Below are positions 9,453 to 19,527 of a stretch of DNA of 64,000 bases, in pieces. How positions within the stretch are numbered: the stretch's first letter is position 1; each line of letters begins with the position of its first letter. This DNA is from Patescibacteria group bacterium (GTDB lineage: Bacteria; Patescibacteriota; Minisyncoccia; Phycocordibacterales; BOKC01): positions 627,985-691,984 of the forward strand of contig JBBTWE010000001.1 in the NCBI GenBank assembly GCA_038062955.1. The letters run 5' to 3'. Under the pieces are notes generated by a model, which was given only the letters and a program-made list of their open reading frames with translations, was not told the DNA's origin and did no database searches. Both the position numbers and the translations under genes were made by a program.

Positions 9453-11015
9453 ATGTCTTTTGCAAAAGTATACAGTGGACAAAATGTTCTACTCAAAGCA
9501 AAGATAATTAGCATTGAAGTTGATCTATCAAAAGGTCTCAACTCTTTTTCAATTGTTGGTTTGCCCGACAAAGCGGTGGAAGAATCCAAAGATCGTGTTG
9601 CGGCGGCCATTAAAAACAGTGGCTTTACGTCTCCTAAAACAAAAAATCAAAAAGTGATTGTGTCTCTCGCTCCGGCTGACCTTAAAAAAGAAGGGCCGAC
9701 TTTCGATTTGGGAATTGCCTTAGGCTATCTGCTTGCGGCTGATGAAATAAAATTTAACTCTAAAAATAAAATTTTTTTGGGAGAACTTTCTCTAGATGGG
9801 AAACTTTGTCCTCTCAAGGGCATATTGCCACTGGTACAAGAGGCTAAAAAGCAAGGTTTTGAAGAGATTTACCTACCTAAAGAAAATGCTTTGGAGGCGG
9901 CCTTGATAGACAAAATAAAAATATATGGAGTTAACACTTTAAAAGAAATCATCATCCACTTGAATGAGAAGAAAGATCAGCAACTTGAAAAAAATTCCCA
10001 AATAAAAATTTTAATCCAGCCCAAAACGCCGATTAAGGTGGTTATCGATTCTCTTGAAACTAATTTGGATGATATTAAGGGGCAAGAAACAGCAAAAAGA
10101 GGCTTGGAAATAGCAGCGGCTGGAGGACACAACGTCGCAATGTACGGACCTCCCGGCACTGGGAAAACGATGCTAGCTAAAGCTTTTGCAAGTATTTTAC
10201 CACCACTTAATTTTGAAGATGTTTTAGAAATAACCTCAATTCATTCAATTGCGGGTGTTTTAAAAGAACCACTAATAGTAAGGCCGCCATTTAGATCACC
10301 ACATCACACATCTTCTCATGTTTCTTTAGTTGGAGGCGGTTCAACACCGCGCCCGGGAGAAATAACCTTAGCCCATAAGGGTGTTCTATTTATGGATGAA
10401 TTTCCAGAATTTGATAAAAGGGTCATGGAATCTCTCCGCCAGCCGCTTGAAGAAAAAATTATAAGCGTATCTCGTGCAAAGACCACTGCTGTTTTTCCAG
10501 CTGACTTCATTTTAATTGCCGCCATGAATCCATGCCCTTGCGGCAATTTTGGAACCAAAGGTAAAGAGTGTATTTGCGCTCCGATTCAAATTCATCGTTA
10601 TCAGAGAAAAGTTTCTGGACCAATTATCGATAGAATTGATTTGTGGCTCGAAGTTTCCAGGGTTGATTATGAAAAATTAAGCGAATCGAAAAAAAATAAT
10701 CAAAACGACGAGATAAAGAAGAGGGTGGAAAACGCCAGACTTATTCAACAAAGACGATTTGATTCTCTAGGACTGGGAGTAAAAATAAACAATCAGCTAT
10801 CTCCAAGAAATATCATGAAATCAATCAATCTTGCAGAAGATTTGCTTCAAAAATACAATCAAATCGCTAAAAAACTTGATCTTTCCGCTAGAAGTTATCA
10901 CCGTGTCTTAAAAGTCGCGAGAACTATCGCCGATTTAGAAAAAAGCGAAGAAATTAAAGAGACTCATCTTTTGGAAGCTTTGCAATATCGTCCAAAAAAC
11001 CAAACAGCGTATTAG
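9453..11015 (+). CDS. comM: YifB/ComM-family Mg-chelatase-like AAA+ ATPase
   Basis: N-terminal Lon-like domain; Walker A GPPGTGKT; C-terminal ChlI-type region; likely start is MSFAKVY. Confidence 0.8.
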   Translation: MSFAKVYSGQNVLLKAKIISIEVDLSKGLNSFSIVGLPDKAVEESKDRVAAAIKNSGFTSPKTKNQKVIVSLAPADLKKEGPTFDLGIALGYLLAADEIKFNSKNKIFLGELSLDGKLCPLKGILPLVQEAKKQGFEEIYLPKENALEAALIDKIKIYGVNTLKEIIIHLNEKKDQQLEKNSQIKILIQPKTPIKVVIDSLETNLDDIKGQETAKRGLEIAAAGGHNVAMYGPPGTGKTMLAKAFASILPPLNFEDVLEITSIHSIAGVLKEPLIVRPPFRSPHHTSSHVSLVGGGSTPRPGEITLAHKGVLFMDEFPEFDKRVMESLRQPLEEKIISVSRAKTTAVFPADFILIAAMNPCPCGNFGTKGKECICAPIQIHRYQRKVSGPIIDRIDLWLEVSRVDYEKLSESKKNNQNDEIKKRVENARLIQQRRFDSLGLGVKINNQLSPRNIMKSINLAEDLLQKYNQIAKKLDLSARSYHRVLKVARTIADLEKSEEIKETHLLEALQYRPKNQTAY

Positions 11016-11179
11016 GGAAACTAGGCACTAGGCTTTAGGAAAAAGAAAAGGTGACAGATAAATTTCTGGTAGGCGTGAAGTATAATACCTTAATTTTCAA
11101 TTACCAATTCACAATTATCAATGAATTTTCAATGTTCCAATTATCAAAAAGTCATAGCTTGAAAATTGTAATTTGAGGT

Positions 11180-11210
11180 TTGATTGATAATTGGTTATTG
11201 AAAATTGAAA
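11180..11210. repeat. 31-nt intergenic repeat ttgattgataattggttattgaaaattgaaa (copy 1)
   Basis: 30 of 31 identical to 27179..27209; both lie between convergent genes in AT-rich caatta(t/c)caa-repeat context. Confidence 0.5.
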
Positions 11211-11251
11211 TTTTTTTGTCATGAATCATATTTCTTGAATCATGAATCTAT

Positions 11252-12235
11252 TTAAAAAGGGTTCTTGGCACCACGTACCTCGAAATGCAAATGTGGGCCA
11301 GTGGATCTGCCTGTATTACCAACATATCCTATAACTTGACCTTGGGTAACAAATTCACCGACAGACACAACATTTCGGCTGGCATGAGCGTATAGAGTTT
11401 GAGTGCCATTAGGGTGAGAAATAACAATATAATTACCGTAACCACCATTCCATCCAGCATTCCTGCTTACGGTCACAGACCCTTCCGCAGAAGCAAAAAT
11501 CTCTGTTCCGACAGGAGCGGCTAAATCAACACCATTGTATCCGTGTATCCCTTGGCTTTTGATACTTCCATTAAGTGGTTTCAAAAAATATCCTTTATAT
11601 TCTGGTTGTCCTTGAGATAATTTTGTATTTTTTGAGTATTTTGATGAATCTGCCGCCTGTAAAATTCCATTAGGAATGATAATTTCGCTTCCAACAGCAA
11701 GTTTTGAGTTCTCGGCTATATCGTTGTAATTCATAACCTCCTTGATATCTCCTTTGTAGGCGCGAACTATACCTTCTAAAGTATCACCCTTTTTAATGGT
11801 GTATCTAACACCGGAAACTGGCAAAATAACCAGAGTTTGGCCAGGAGTTAATACATTGCCCTTTATATCATTGCCCCACTTAATAGTATTTACCGAGACA
11901 TCAAACATCTCGGCAATTTGTGAGATTGTGTCTCCTTCACGAACAACGTAGATATTTATTTGACCTTTTTCTTTCAATTCTTCTCCTGAAGCACCGGCAG
12001 GTCCCATTACTGAAACCAGAGAATTGCCATCAACAATTGAGATATCAGCACCCCCAACGGATAGATTAGAAGCTAGAGGAGCACTTAAAAGATCAATTTG
12101 TTGAGAATTTGGAGCACTTATAACTTGTGCTTGGCTCTTTTCAGCGAAAATATTGGAAAAAAACGATATGATCCCAGCGTGAGCTCCAAGAGGCAACATT
12201 ACTATGAAAAAAGCAAGCGACAACTTGGTTGTCAT
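11252..12235 (-). CDS. LysM-domain M23-family peptidoglycan endopeptidase
   Basis: Two LysM motifs (VREGDTISQIAEMF, YTIKKGDTLEGIV) and an M23 active-site region (HxxxD...HLHFEV). Confidence 0.8.
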   Translation of the reverse strand: MTTKLSLAFFIVMLPLGAHAGIISFFSNIFAEKSQAQVISAPNSQQIDLLSAPLASNLSVGGADISIVDGNSLVSVMGPAGASGEELKEKGQINIYVVREGDTISQIAEMFDVSVNTIKWGNDIKGNVLTPGQTLVILPVSGVRYTIKKGDTLEGIVRAYKGDIKEVMNYNDIAENSKLAVGSEIIIPNGILQAADSSKYSKNTKLSQGQPEYKGYFLKPLNGSIKSQGIHGYNGVDLAAPVGTEIFASAEGSVTVSRNAGWNGGYGNYIVISHPNGTQTLYAHASRNVVSVGEFVTQGQVIGYVGNTGRSTGPHLHFEVRGAKNPF

Positions 12236-12552
12236 TCGCCCAAAAACTCCAAATTTTATACCTTTCTTTGGATCGTTAGCTCCTTTTAGAAAAGGTTTAT
12301 CTTCTTTTTTATCAAGTAAAATAAGGTTAAATTAATGATAATTCAGAAATTGATCCACTCATTCCGCCAAAACAAGAATCATTCTGTAAAATTCAGAATA
12401 TGCCATCAATTATAACAACTAGGGTTCCCGGGTCAACTTTGGACACTATCCCTTGTGGATAAGAAAGATAGGGTTTAATCTTTACTTATCTAGAACAAAA
12501 TAGGGAATTCGGCACACCCAAAGAACCAAAAATCACAAGAAATTATTAATCT

Positions 12553-13347
12553 ATGACAACAATCAAAGCAAAAAAATCATTGGGGCAGAATTTTTTAAGC
12601 TCCGACAAGATATTGGGACAAATTTTAACTGCCGGCAAATTAAATTCTGCCGATACCGTTTTAGAAATAGGTCCTGGCCCAGGAGACTTAACTAATAAAT
12701 TATTAGGAACAACTGAAAAGGTGATCGCGGTTGAAAAGGATGACCGATTAATTTCAATTCTAGAACAAAGATTTTCTAAAGAGATAGTGGCAGAAAAATT
12801 TCAATTGATCCATGCTGACGTACTCGAATTTGAACCGAAAGAATACGGACTTAAAGATTATAAGCTCATAGCCAACATTCCTTATTACTTAACCGGCGCA
12901 ATTCTTAGAAAATTCCTGGAAACCGAGAACAAACCAAGACTTATTGTGTTAACTCTACAAAAAGAAGTGGTTTTAAGAATAATTGCAGAAAAGGGAAGCA
13001 TTCTTGGAATGAGTATAAGAGCCTTTGGCCAACCTTCGAGAATTGGAAATATCAGTAAAAGTTATTTTAAACCAGTACCTAAGGTTGATTCTGCAATTCT
13101 TCTCATAGATGAAATATCCAACAAATTCTTTGAAAAAGAACCTAAAATCAGAGAAGAAGCGTTTTTTAAAATATTAAAATCTGGCTTTAAGCAAAAAAGA
13201 AAAAAACTTATATCCAATCTCAAAGATTTAGCACAAAAAGAGAAGTTAATTGAGATTTTTAAATCTTGTGGCCTACAAGAAAATATCAGAGCCGAAGAAT
13301 TAAGCCTCGAAGACTGGAGAAAGATTACGCAGGCCTTAGGAGATTAG
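12553..13347 (+). CDS. rsmA: 16S rRNA (adenine1518/1519-N6)-dimethyltransferase
   Basis: KKSLGQNFL N-terminal motif, SAM-binding EIGPGPG, and NIPY motif. Confidence 0.85.
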   Translation: MTTIKAKKSLGQNFLSSDKILGQILTAGKLNSADTVLEIGPGPGDLTNKLLGTTEKVIAVEKDDRLISILEQRFSKEIVAEKFQLIHADVLEFEPKEYGLKDYKLIANIPYYLTGAILRKFLETENKPRLIVLTLQKEVVLRIIAEKGSILGMSIRAFGQPSRIGNISKSYFKPVPKVDSAILLIDEISNKFFEKEPKIREEAFFKILKSGFKQKRKKLISNLKDLAQKEKLIEIFKSCGLQENIRAEELSLEDWRKITQALGD

Positions 13348-13397
13348 GCTCTAAGCTTTAGGAAAATATAAATTTTCACACTCTAAAATTTCAGATT

Positions 13398-13417
13398 CCT
13401 GCCTGCCGGCAGGCAGG
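13398..13417. terminator. perfect 20-nt GC palindrome cctgcctgccggcaggcagg between convergent genes
   Basis: Identical 20-mer also at 38075..38094; likely a bidirectional terminator or REP-like element. Confidence 0.5.
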
Positions 13418-13418
13418 T

Positions 13419-13522
13419 GAGACAAATTATTTGATAAAAACGAGTATCGAAATGAGACGTATTTAATAATACGGCAAGTGAGAAACGGAGTTTTTAGCAA
13501 AGAAGTTGGCCAAATATCAAAG
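13419..13522. repeat. conserved ~105-nt noncoding element, copy B; abuts the stop codon of a small membrane protein gene
   Basis: About 85% identical to 4997..5100. Confidence 0.6.
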
Positions 13523-13524
13523 TT

Positions 13525-13887
13525 TTAGAGAGAGGTGCCGACAATGGGGGTAATAGTCCCAATCGGTAATCCAAAAGGGCAACAACCGCTATGACAAGGC
13601 ACTAAACAGATTCCGCCAGGACTGTAGACGCCGAGCGCCCATACGCCGGTACTGGGCAAACGATAGTAAGGAAATTGGGACGATCCAAGAGGAAAAACGA
13701 ATTGTCCACCAACCGGACCGCTGATGTTCATGATAAAATTATTGGTGCAAGCACAGTAACCTGAAAACGTAACACGACCGCCAAAAATATTCCCAGATTG
13801 ACCATAAGAAATATAAAAAATGGCAAAACTTAAAGCCAGAACCACTATTACACTGCTCGCTAATAATTTTTTGTTTTTGAATATCAT
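13525..13887 (-). CDS. small Cys-rich secreted or membrane protein
   Basis: N-terminal signal/TM segment; Cys-rich body; N-terminus MIFKNKK shared with the protein at 16980. Confidence 0.3.
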   Translation of the reverse strand: MIFKNKKLLASSVIVVLALSFAIFYISYGQSGNIFGGRVTFSGYCACTNNFIMNISGPVGGQFVFPLGSSQFPYYRLPSTGVWALGVYSPGGICLVPCHSGCCPFGLPIGTITPIVGTSL

Positions 13888-14969
13888 ATTTTTAATAAAA
13901 ACTGGCCGCTTTGTTCACTAATACCATTTGAGTTTACAACGTAAAAATAAATTGGCCATTCTATTTCCTCATTATTATATTTCTTCTTGCCTGAAAAAGC
14001 TTCAGGAAATGGCTCAACTTTGAAAGTAATTGTTTTACTATCTTTTGATTTAAGACCAGAAATAATGCCGTATCCCGCCCTAATTTCATTGTCGCTCGTA
14101 AAATTCTCTCCATGAATCGTAATTTCTTGCCCATAAATTCCTGAAGAGGGGAAGATAGAAGTGATTTTAGGTGGTAAAGAATTAGCAGAAAGAATCACAA
14201 AAAAAGTTTTATCCTCTGATTTTCCTTTTTTATTGCTAACAAAAACATCATAACGACCTTTGGCGATATCTGTCGGTACTGTGAAAGTGATAATACCATT
14301 ACTGGAGGAATTAAGATTTTTTATCTCATAATCGTCCCCAAAATGCACAATATTCCCAGTCGGAGTAAAACCGCCACCAGAGAGAGTGATGGTAGATCCT
14401 GGTAGGCCGCTATAACTTGATATAAAACCAGTAAATAATTCGGTACTCCCAGAAAAGATTGAGGTTTGAAGGCTTGGAGACAATAATGAGCTTGGATCTG
14501 TCTGGTTTGGATTGCTGTTTTCGGCTTGATTTAAGGTCGAAGGCGTCAGAATTGGGTCTTTTACCTTACTTGGGATAGAAGATTCTAAAAAAAAGTTCAA
14601 TTTATCTCTAGTTTTTTGGCCAACAAAGCCGGTGCCACGGCTTAAACCTGTCGGCACTAAAATTTCAGACGAGTATTTTTCTTGAAATCGGATAACCGCG
14701 CTCAAGGTGGCAGGCCCAAAGTAATTGGTTTCTAAGCCTTTTCCGCCCGGACCCTGAAAAGCGACCTGTGTTTCGGGATCAGAATTAAGTATTTGCTGAA
14801 GCCGCAAGACGTCTCCATTATTGTCCCCAAACTTAAGATCGTAAGAAAAAGGCAAAGAAATTAGCGTTTGAGCAGAGGTAAAATTGTATAAGAAGGTGAG
14901 AGCCAGTAGAGCAATTCCAATAATCAATCTCGATTGAATAAAAAACCTTGAAAAGAAATTATTTAACAT
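13884..14969 (-). CDS. secreted protein with a peptidoglycan-binding-like domain and IPT/TIG-like Ig domains
   Basis: PG_binding_1-like segment GDVLRLQQILN...NYFGPATLSAVIRFQ followed by two Ig-like repeats. Confidence 0.4.
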   Translation of the reverse strand: MLNNFFSRFFIQSRLIIGIALLALTFLYNFTSAQTLISLPFSYDLKFGDNNGDVLRLQQILNSDPETQVAFQGPGGKGLETNYFGPATLSAVIRFQEKYSSEILVPTGLSRGTGFVGQKTRDKLNFFLESSIPSKVKDPILTPSTLNQAENSNPNQTDPSSLLSPSLQTSIFSGSTELFTGFISSYSGLPGSTITLSGGGFTPTGNIVHFGDDYEIKNLNSSSNGIITFTVPTDIAKGRYDVFVSNKKGKSEDKTFFVILSANSLPPKITSIFPSSGIYGQEITIHGENFTSDNEIRAGYGIISGLKSKDSKTITFKVEPFPEAFSGKKKYNNEEIEWPIYFYVVNSNGISEQSGQFLLKI

Positions 14970-15078
14970 AATTTTACTGCAATTTTCAGTATATCATTAT
15001 TTTACAAGAGTTCTGATTTAAGCTCTGTCCACACAATTCTTGTTTTTTCTAAAAAATAAACATTTTTTCTGATATAAT

Positions 15079-15978
15079 TTGTATACATTTCTACTTCAAA
15101 AAATGATAAGTAAAAAATCATTAGTGTTAACCCTATCAAGTCTGTTTGCTCTCCTAATAATTTTTGGAGTTTTCTCATTTGTCCATAAAGAAAATGTCAT
15201 CACATACACAGCCCCAAACGAGCCAGTTTTTTTAACGGCAAGTTTTGCAGAAACGGATAAAAAAGATTTGGAAAATTGGGAGACGGAGATTTTAAATAGA
15301 AAATCGAGCGTTTCATCAGCGCGCACGTCATACACAGAAACAATCGCTAGATCGGCTTTGACAGAATATTTCAAAGCAAAAGACGCTAACGCCGCGATGA
15401 ATGAAGATGAAATAGCAAAAAGCATTATTCAAAAAACTTCAACAGAAAGTTTAGAGAGAAAAATTGAATTTTTAGAATATCAAATCAGTGATCTTAAAAT
15501 TATTTCTGACACAGGCAAAGAAGCATTAAAAACTTATGGGAATACTGTGGGAGAAGTAGCAATCAAAAATGTTTACAATGGAACATCTGGAAATGAGTTT
15601 GAAATATTCACTCGAGCAATGAATCAGAACGACCCCGTCGAATATGAAAATTTAAAACCTATAATTTCAAATTACGAAAAATTGATTTCTGATCTCCTTA
15701 AAATAGAAACCCCGTCGAGTTTGGCTAGCTCTCATCTAAAAGTAATAAATTCCTTGAGTGCAATTGCTGGCAGTATCAAAGAATTTAATGTGTTTTTAAC
15801 TGACCCACTTCGAGGAATTTTTATTCTAGCAAAATATGGAAGATATGGTTTGGAATTACAGAACGCCATGAAAGAAATTGACGCTTCAATGAAAAAAAAT
15901 CAGGTCAATTTTATAAACACCGACCCAGGATACTCAATAGAGAGAACAGCTAACGCTTCATTACCACCAAAGCAATGA
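15079..15978 (+). CDS. hypothetical membrane-anchored protein
   Basis: N-terminal TM helix; no recognisable domain; first gene of the T4SS-like block. Confidence 0.3.
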   Translation: MYTFLLQKMISKKSLVLTLSSLFALLIIFGVFSFVHKENVITYTAPNEPVFLTASFAETDKKDLENWETEILNRKSSVSSARTSYTETIARSALTEYFKAKDANAAMNEDEIAKSIIQKTSTESLERKIEFLEYQISDLKIISDTGKEALKTYGNTVGEVAIKNVYNGTSGNEFEIFTRAMNQNDPVEYENLKPIISNYEKLISDLLKIETPSSLASSHLKVINSLSAIAGSIKEFNVFLTDPLRGIFILAKYGRYGLELQNAMKEIDASMKKNQVNFINTDPGYSIERTANASLPPKQ

Positions 15979-16949
15979 GAATAAATCTAAGAAAAATCAC
16001 TGCTTCCGCTCTTACCTTAATTTTTTTAGTCTTTTTTGTTTTTTCTGTAGCTAAAAAATCACAAGCTCAAGTTTTTGTGCCAGTTAATGATTCTCTGTTC
16101 CAAACGGCAAATACCGCCCTCATGACCAGTTCCAACATGTATACGCTCCAAACTTCTGTGGCCACTGGTTTCTCTACAGCAAATGAAATTGGTCCTGTGC
16201 CGGGGATTTATCCGGGGGCCAACGCGGGCACAATAATTTCGGCTTCTCCATTAAGTGCCAATTATTGGGCAACTGCCGCATCCCGAGCACTTTTGAATTT
16301 AATGACTCAAGACATTGTGGGATGGATAAATAATGGTTTTTCTGGAGGGGGCCCAGGCTTCGTAACAGACCCAGAAGAATTTCTTCTAAACGCGGCAGAC
16401 ACTGTTGCGGGACAATTCATTGATGGATCTGAACTTGGCTTTCTCTGTGCCCCTTTTTCTGCAGATATTCGAGCTCTTTTGGCCTATAATTATTCAGTGT
16501 CGTTCGATGTTTCTTGTACCTTGAGTAGTGTCTTAAATAGAATAGAAAATTTTACAGCTTTTACTGAAGATTTTTCGCAAGGAGGATGGGAAGGATGGTT
16601 TGCTATGATGCAACCTCAAAATAATACCTACGGCTCATACTTAAAAGCTGAAGCAGAACTATCCGCCAGAATAAGTACGCGAAATGGCACATGGGAGAAG
16701 AAACTTAATTGGGGAAGTGGATTTTTGTCTTCTCAAGATTGTATAGATCCTCCAGGCGCAACTCTGGATAATTGTAAGACGATGGGACCGATAAAAACTC
16801 CTGGAAAAACGATTGAGACTGGACTTTCAAATACTTTAGGAATTGGTTTAACAGAAATAGGACTCGCGGACAGTGTTGATAAGATTTTAAATGCTTTAAC
16901 CAATTACGCGATTATGGAAGCTTTGGGTGCTTCAGGACTCCGACCATAA
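15975..16949 (+). CDS. hypothetical secreted protein
   Basis: Signal peptide followed by a Gly/Ala-rich body; 4-nt overlap with the upstream gene. Confidence 0.3.
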   Translation: MRINLRKITASALTLIFLVFFVFSVAKKSQAQVFVPVNDSLFQTANTALMTSSNMYTLQTSVATGFSTANEIGPVPGIYPGANAGTIISASPLSANYWATAASRALLNLMTQDIVGWINNGFSGGGPGFVTDPEEFLLNAADTVAGQFIDGSELGFLCAPFSADIRALLAYNYSVSFDVSCTLSSVLNRIENFTAFTEDFSQGGWEGWFAMMQPQNNTYGSYLKAEAELSARISTRNGTWEKKLNWGSGFLSSQDCIDPPGATLDNCKTMGPIKTPGKTIETGLSNTLGIGLTEIGLADSVDKILNALTNYAIMEALGASGLRP

Positions 16950-16979
16950 TTAAGTATTGAAGATTATAAAAAGAAATAG

Positions 16980-18983
16980 ATGATATTTAAAAACAAAAAA
17001 ATATTCAGTCTTCTCTTCCTCGGGGTAATCGCCTTGAGTTTTGTTTTGATTCCTTTACCTTTTTCTGATGTAAATATTGCTAATGCTCAGGAAGTTGCTG
17101 GCCCACCAGCACCAGGATGTAGCATTTGGGATTTAACATCCTGCCTTCATGTTATTTTGTCTTACCTAGGAGGCTTAGCTATGGGTCTTTTTGGAATTGT
17201 CTTAGGAATTTCTGGAATTTTATTAAACGGGGTCATGTCGTACACAATAGTAGACATGAGTATGAATTTGAGGTCTCTATTACAGGAAGGTGGTGGAATA
17301 TATCAAGCGTGGACCACACTAAGGGACTTAGCAAATATATTATTTATTTTTATCATCCTCTACATCGCAATCGGCACTATCCTTCGCTTGGATAGCATAA
17401 ACACCAAAAAACTTTTAGTTCACGTCGTAATTATCGCTCTTCTTTTAAACTTCAGTCTATTTTTCACTAAAGTAATAATTGACGCTTCAAATATTGTGGC
17501 AACCTCATTTCATAACGCTATTGTAATAAGTGGGGGAGGAACCGGCATTTCTGATGCTTTTGTGAAACCAATGAACATGACAAGTTTCTATAATGCAGAT
17601 GGGGCATCAGCATTTCTCTTAAAAGCTAAAGATTCTCTAGCGATGGTTTTTCTCGCCGGCTTTGCGTCAATCCTTTTTTTGATAACAGCTTTTGTATTTT
17701 TTGCCTCTTCTATAATGCTTATTTCAAGATATGTAATTTTAATTTTCCTTATGATTCTCTCACCGCTCGCCTTCATTGCTATGGCTTTGCCGAAAGATGA
17801 ATATTCGAAAAAATGGTGGAACGCTTTGATTGACCAGGCTCTCTTTGCTCCAGTTTTTTTGGCTCTTTTGTGGATCGCACTCATGCTATCGAGAAGCGCT
17901 TTAACCACTATAAGTAGTGAACAGAATTTTGCTGGCATGATCGCTGAAGTATTTACTGGCAATGTGCCAACTGGTCTCATGAAGCTACTTATCAACTTTT
18001 TGATAGTCATTGGATCAATTCTCTTTGCTCTCATTGCGGCCAAACAAATCGGTGGAGCAGGCGCTTCTGGAATTATGAAGTGGGGGAAGAAAGCCGCCGG
18101 TACAGCTTTGATGGCTATTCCAGGAAGATTAGCGGCTGGTGCAGACAAAAAATTAGGAGGAACTCGATTCGGCCAAACAATGGTGGGTTCTGCTCTTAGA
18201 TCTCCTCTGGGAGGCATCGGCAAAGCCAGTGTGTTAGGTGGCAAAAGTGGAGAAAAACAGAATAAGGAAAGTGATGAGGCCGCCAAAAAATATGCTGCGG
18301 TTAGAACCAAATACGACATAAAAAAGTCTGAAAAAATTGCCGAGAAAAAGTCTGGAGCAGCAGCGGATAGAGTTCCTGGAGAAATGATTCAGGAAGCCCA
18401 AAAAACAGAAGTGGCAATAGAAGCAAATCGTCAAAAGAGGCTTGATAGAATAAAAAAAGTTGAGGAAGGAAGAATACAGCAAACACAAAACAATATGACT
18501 ATCGGTGGTTCCACACAAACAACCAAACAAGAAATTACAAAAATTAGAAGCGAGGCCACACAAAGAATACAACAAGCAAACAAGACTGCGGAGGAAAAGA
18601 AAACTGAAGCCAAAGCTACAGTAACTTTATCGAGCATACAAACAAAGCAAGAGAAAGTTAGAAAAGAAGTTTATGATGATACTAAACAAAAAGAAAAAGA
18701 TAAAAGAATAGCGGAGCTAAAAAAGTTTAAAATACCATTTGTCACCAGAGTACCATTCTTCTCCGCAAGTAATAAAAAAAGAAAATTAGCTGCTGAATTT
18801 TTAGGAAAAGGCAGGACTGAAGTCGAAACAGATTGGGATAAATTATTAAAGGAAGTGAAGGAGGCCGCCAAAAAAGAAGAAAAGGGTCATGGTGAAGATA
18901 AAGGTGGTGGAAAAACCAGCAGTGGAGGAAGCGGTGGTAGCAGTAGTGGCGGAGGAGGGGGCGGTGGGGGCGCTCATCACTAA
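16980..18983 (+). CDS. VirB6/TrbL-like polytopic membrane protein with a Lys-rich coiled-coil C-terminal tail and a Gly/Ser tail
   Basis: Signal peptide, then about 6-8 TM helices, then a long charged C-terminal extension ending GGSGGSSSGGGGGGGG. Topology and context match VirB6/PrgH-type T4SS channel proteins, but no motif-level proof. Confidence 0.35.
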   Translation: MIFKNKKIFSLLFLGVIALSFVLIPLPFSDVNIANAQEVAGPPAPGCSIWDLTSCLHVILSYLGGLAMGLFGIVLGISGILLNGVMSYTIVDMSMNLRSLLQEGGGIYQAWTTLRDLANILFIFIILYIAIGTILRLDSINTKKLLVHVVIIALLLNFSLFFTKVIIDASNIVATSFHNAIVISGGGTGISDAFVKPMNMTSFYNADGASAFLLKAKDSLAMVFLAGFASILFLITAFVFFASSIMLISRYVILIFLMILSPLAFIAMALPKDEYSKKWWNALIDQALFAPVFLALLWIALMLSRSALTTISSEQNFAGMIAEVFTGNVPTGLMKLLINFLIVIGSILFALIAAKQIGGAGASGIMKWGKKAAGTALMAIPGRLAAGADKKLGGTRFGQTMVGSALRSPLGGIGKASVLGGKSGEKQNKESDEAAKKYAAVRTKYDIKKSEKIAEKKSGAAADRVPGEMIQEAQKTEVAIEANRQKRLDRIKKVEEGRIQQTQNNMTIGGSTQTTKQEITKIRSEATQRIQQANKTAEEKKTEAKATVTLSSIQTKQEKVRKEVYDDTKQKEKDKRIAELKKFKIPFVTRVPFFSASNKKRKLAAEFLGKGRTEVETDWDKLLKEVKEAAKKEEKGHGEDKGGGKTSSGGSGGSSSGGGGGGGGAHH

Positions 18984-19068
18984 AAAATCTTGAATTGGCA
19001 GAATTTAAATAAAAAATTTAAACCGTGAGAAAAAATATCGCACAGAACTTGACAAGTTTAACAATATT

Positions 19069-19098
19069 GTTATTATCTTGAGTAGAATCCAGTATTTT
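19069..19098 (+). promoter_or_regulatory. putative sigma70 promoter: TTGACA, 17-nt spacer, ATTATC
   Basis: Consensus -35 hexamer TTGACA at 19069 with a 17-nt spacer, upstream of the AAGGAG ribosome-binding site and the 19137 start. Confidence 0.35.
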
Positions 19099-19136
19099 GC
19101 TGGGTACTCACACTTTAACCTTACAAGGAGAAAAAC

Positions 19137-19406
19137 ATGCCATACTATTGTCCTTCTTGCCGTCATCAAGTGGGCCGCAATGCAACGGTGTGCCCAAATT
19201 GCGGAGAAAGGCCTGACGAACCATATGCCACTCTTGGGTGGAAGGAGGCGATGGAAGAAGCGGGAAAAAGACTGGAAAAAGAACGGGCAGAAGAAGCAAA
19301 GAAAGAAGAAATGACCCCAGAAGAGGCGAAGACTGTGGGTTGCTTGTTTCTTTTGCTTTTGGTGGGGTTGGGGATATTCTTTCTTTATAGGCAATTTATC
19401 GCATAA
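19137..19406 (+). CDS. zinc-ribbon protein with a C-terminal TM anchor
   Basis: CPSC...CPNC zinc-ribbon motif; C-terminal hydrophobic helix; strong AAGGAG ribosome-binding site. Confidence 0.4.
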   Translation: MPYYCPSCRHQVGRNATVCPNCGERPDEPYATLGWKEAMEEAGKRLEKERAEEAKKEEMTPEEAKTVGCLFLLLLVGLGIFFLYRQFIA

Positions 19407-19527
19407 CAACACACTCGCTCGGAACTAGCCTCTGACTACACGTCGGAGGTTTTTTAATATTAGCTTAAGTGTTATAATTTTTCTAACGAACACTCTTTAG
19501 TAAATGATAATTAATCTTTGAAATAAA

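Noticed and set aside
17588-18871. Several minus-strand ORFs inside the 667-aa membrane protein gene
   Set aside because: They overlap a well-supported coding region, have low-complexity composition, and have no ribosome-binding site.
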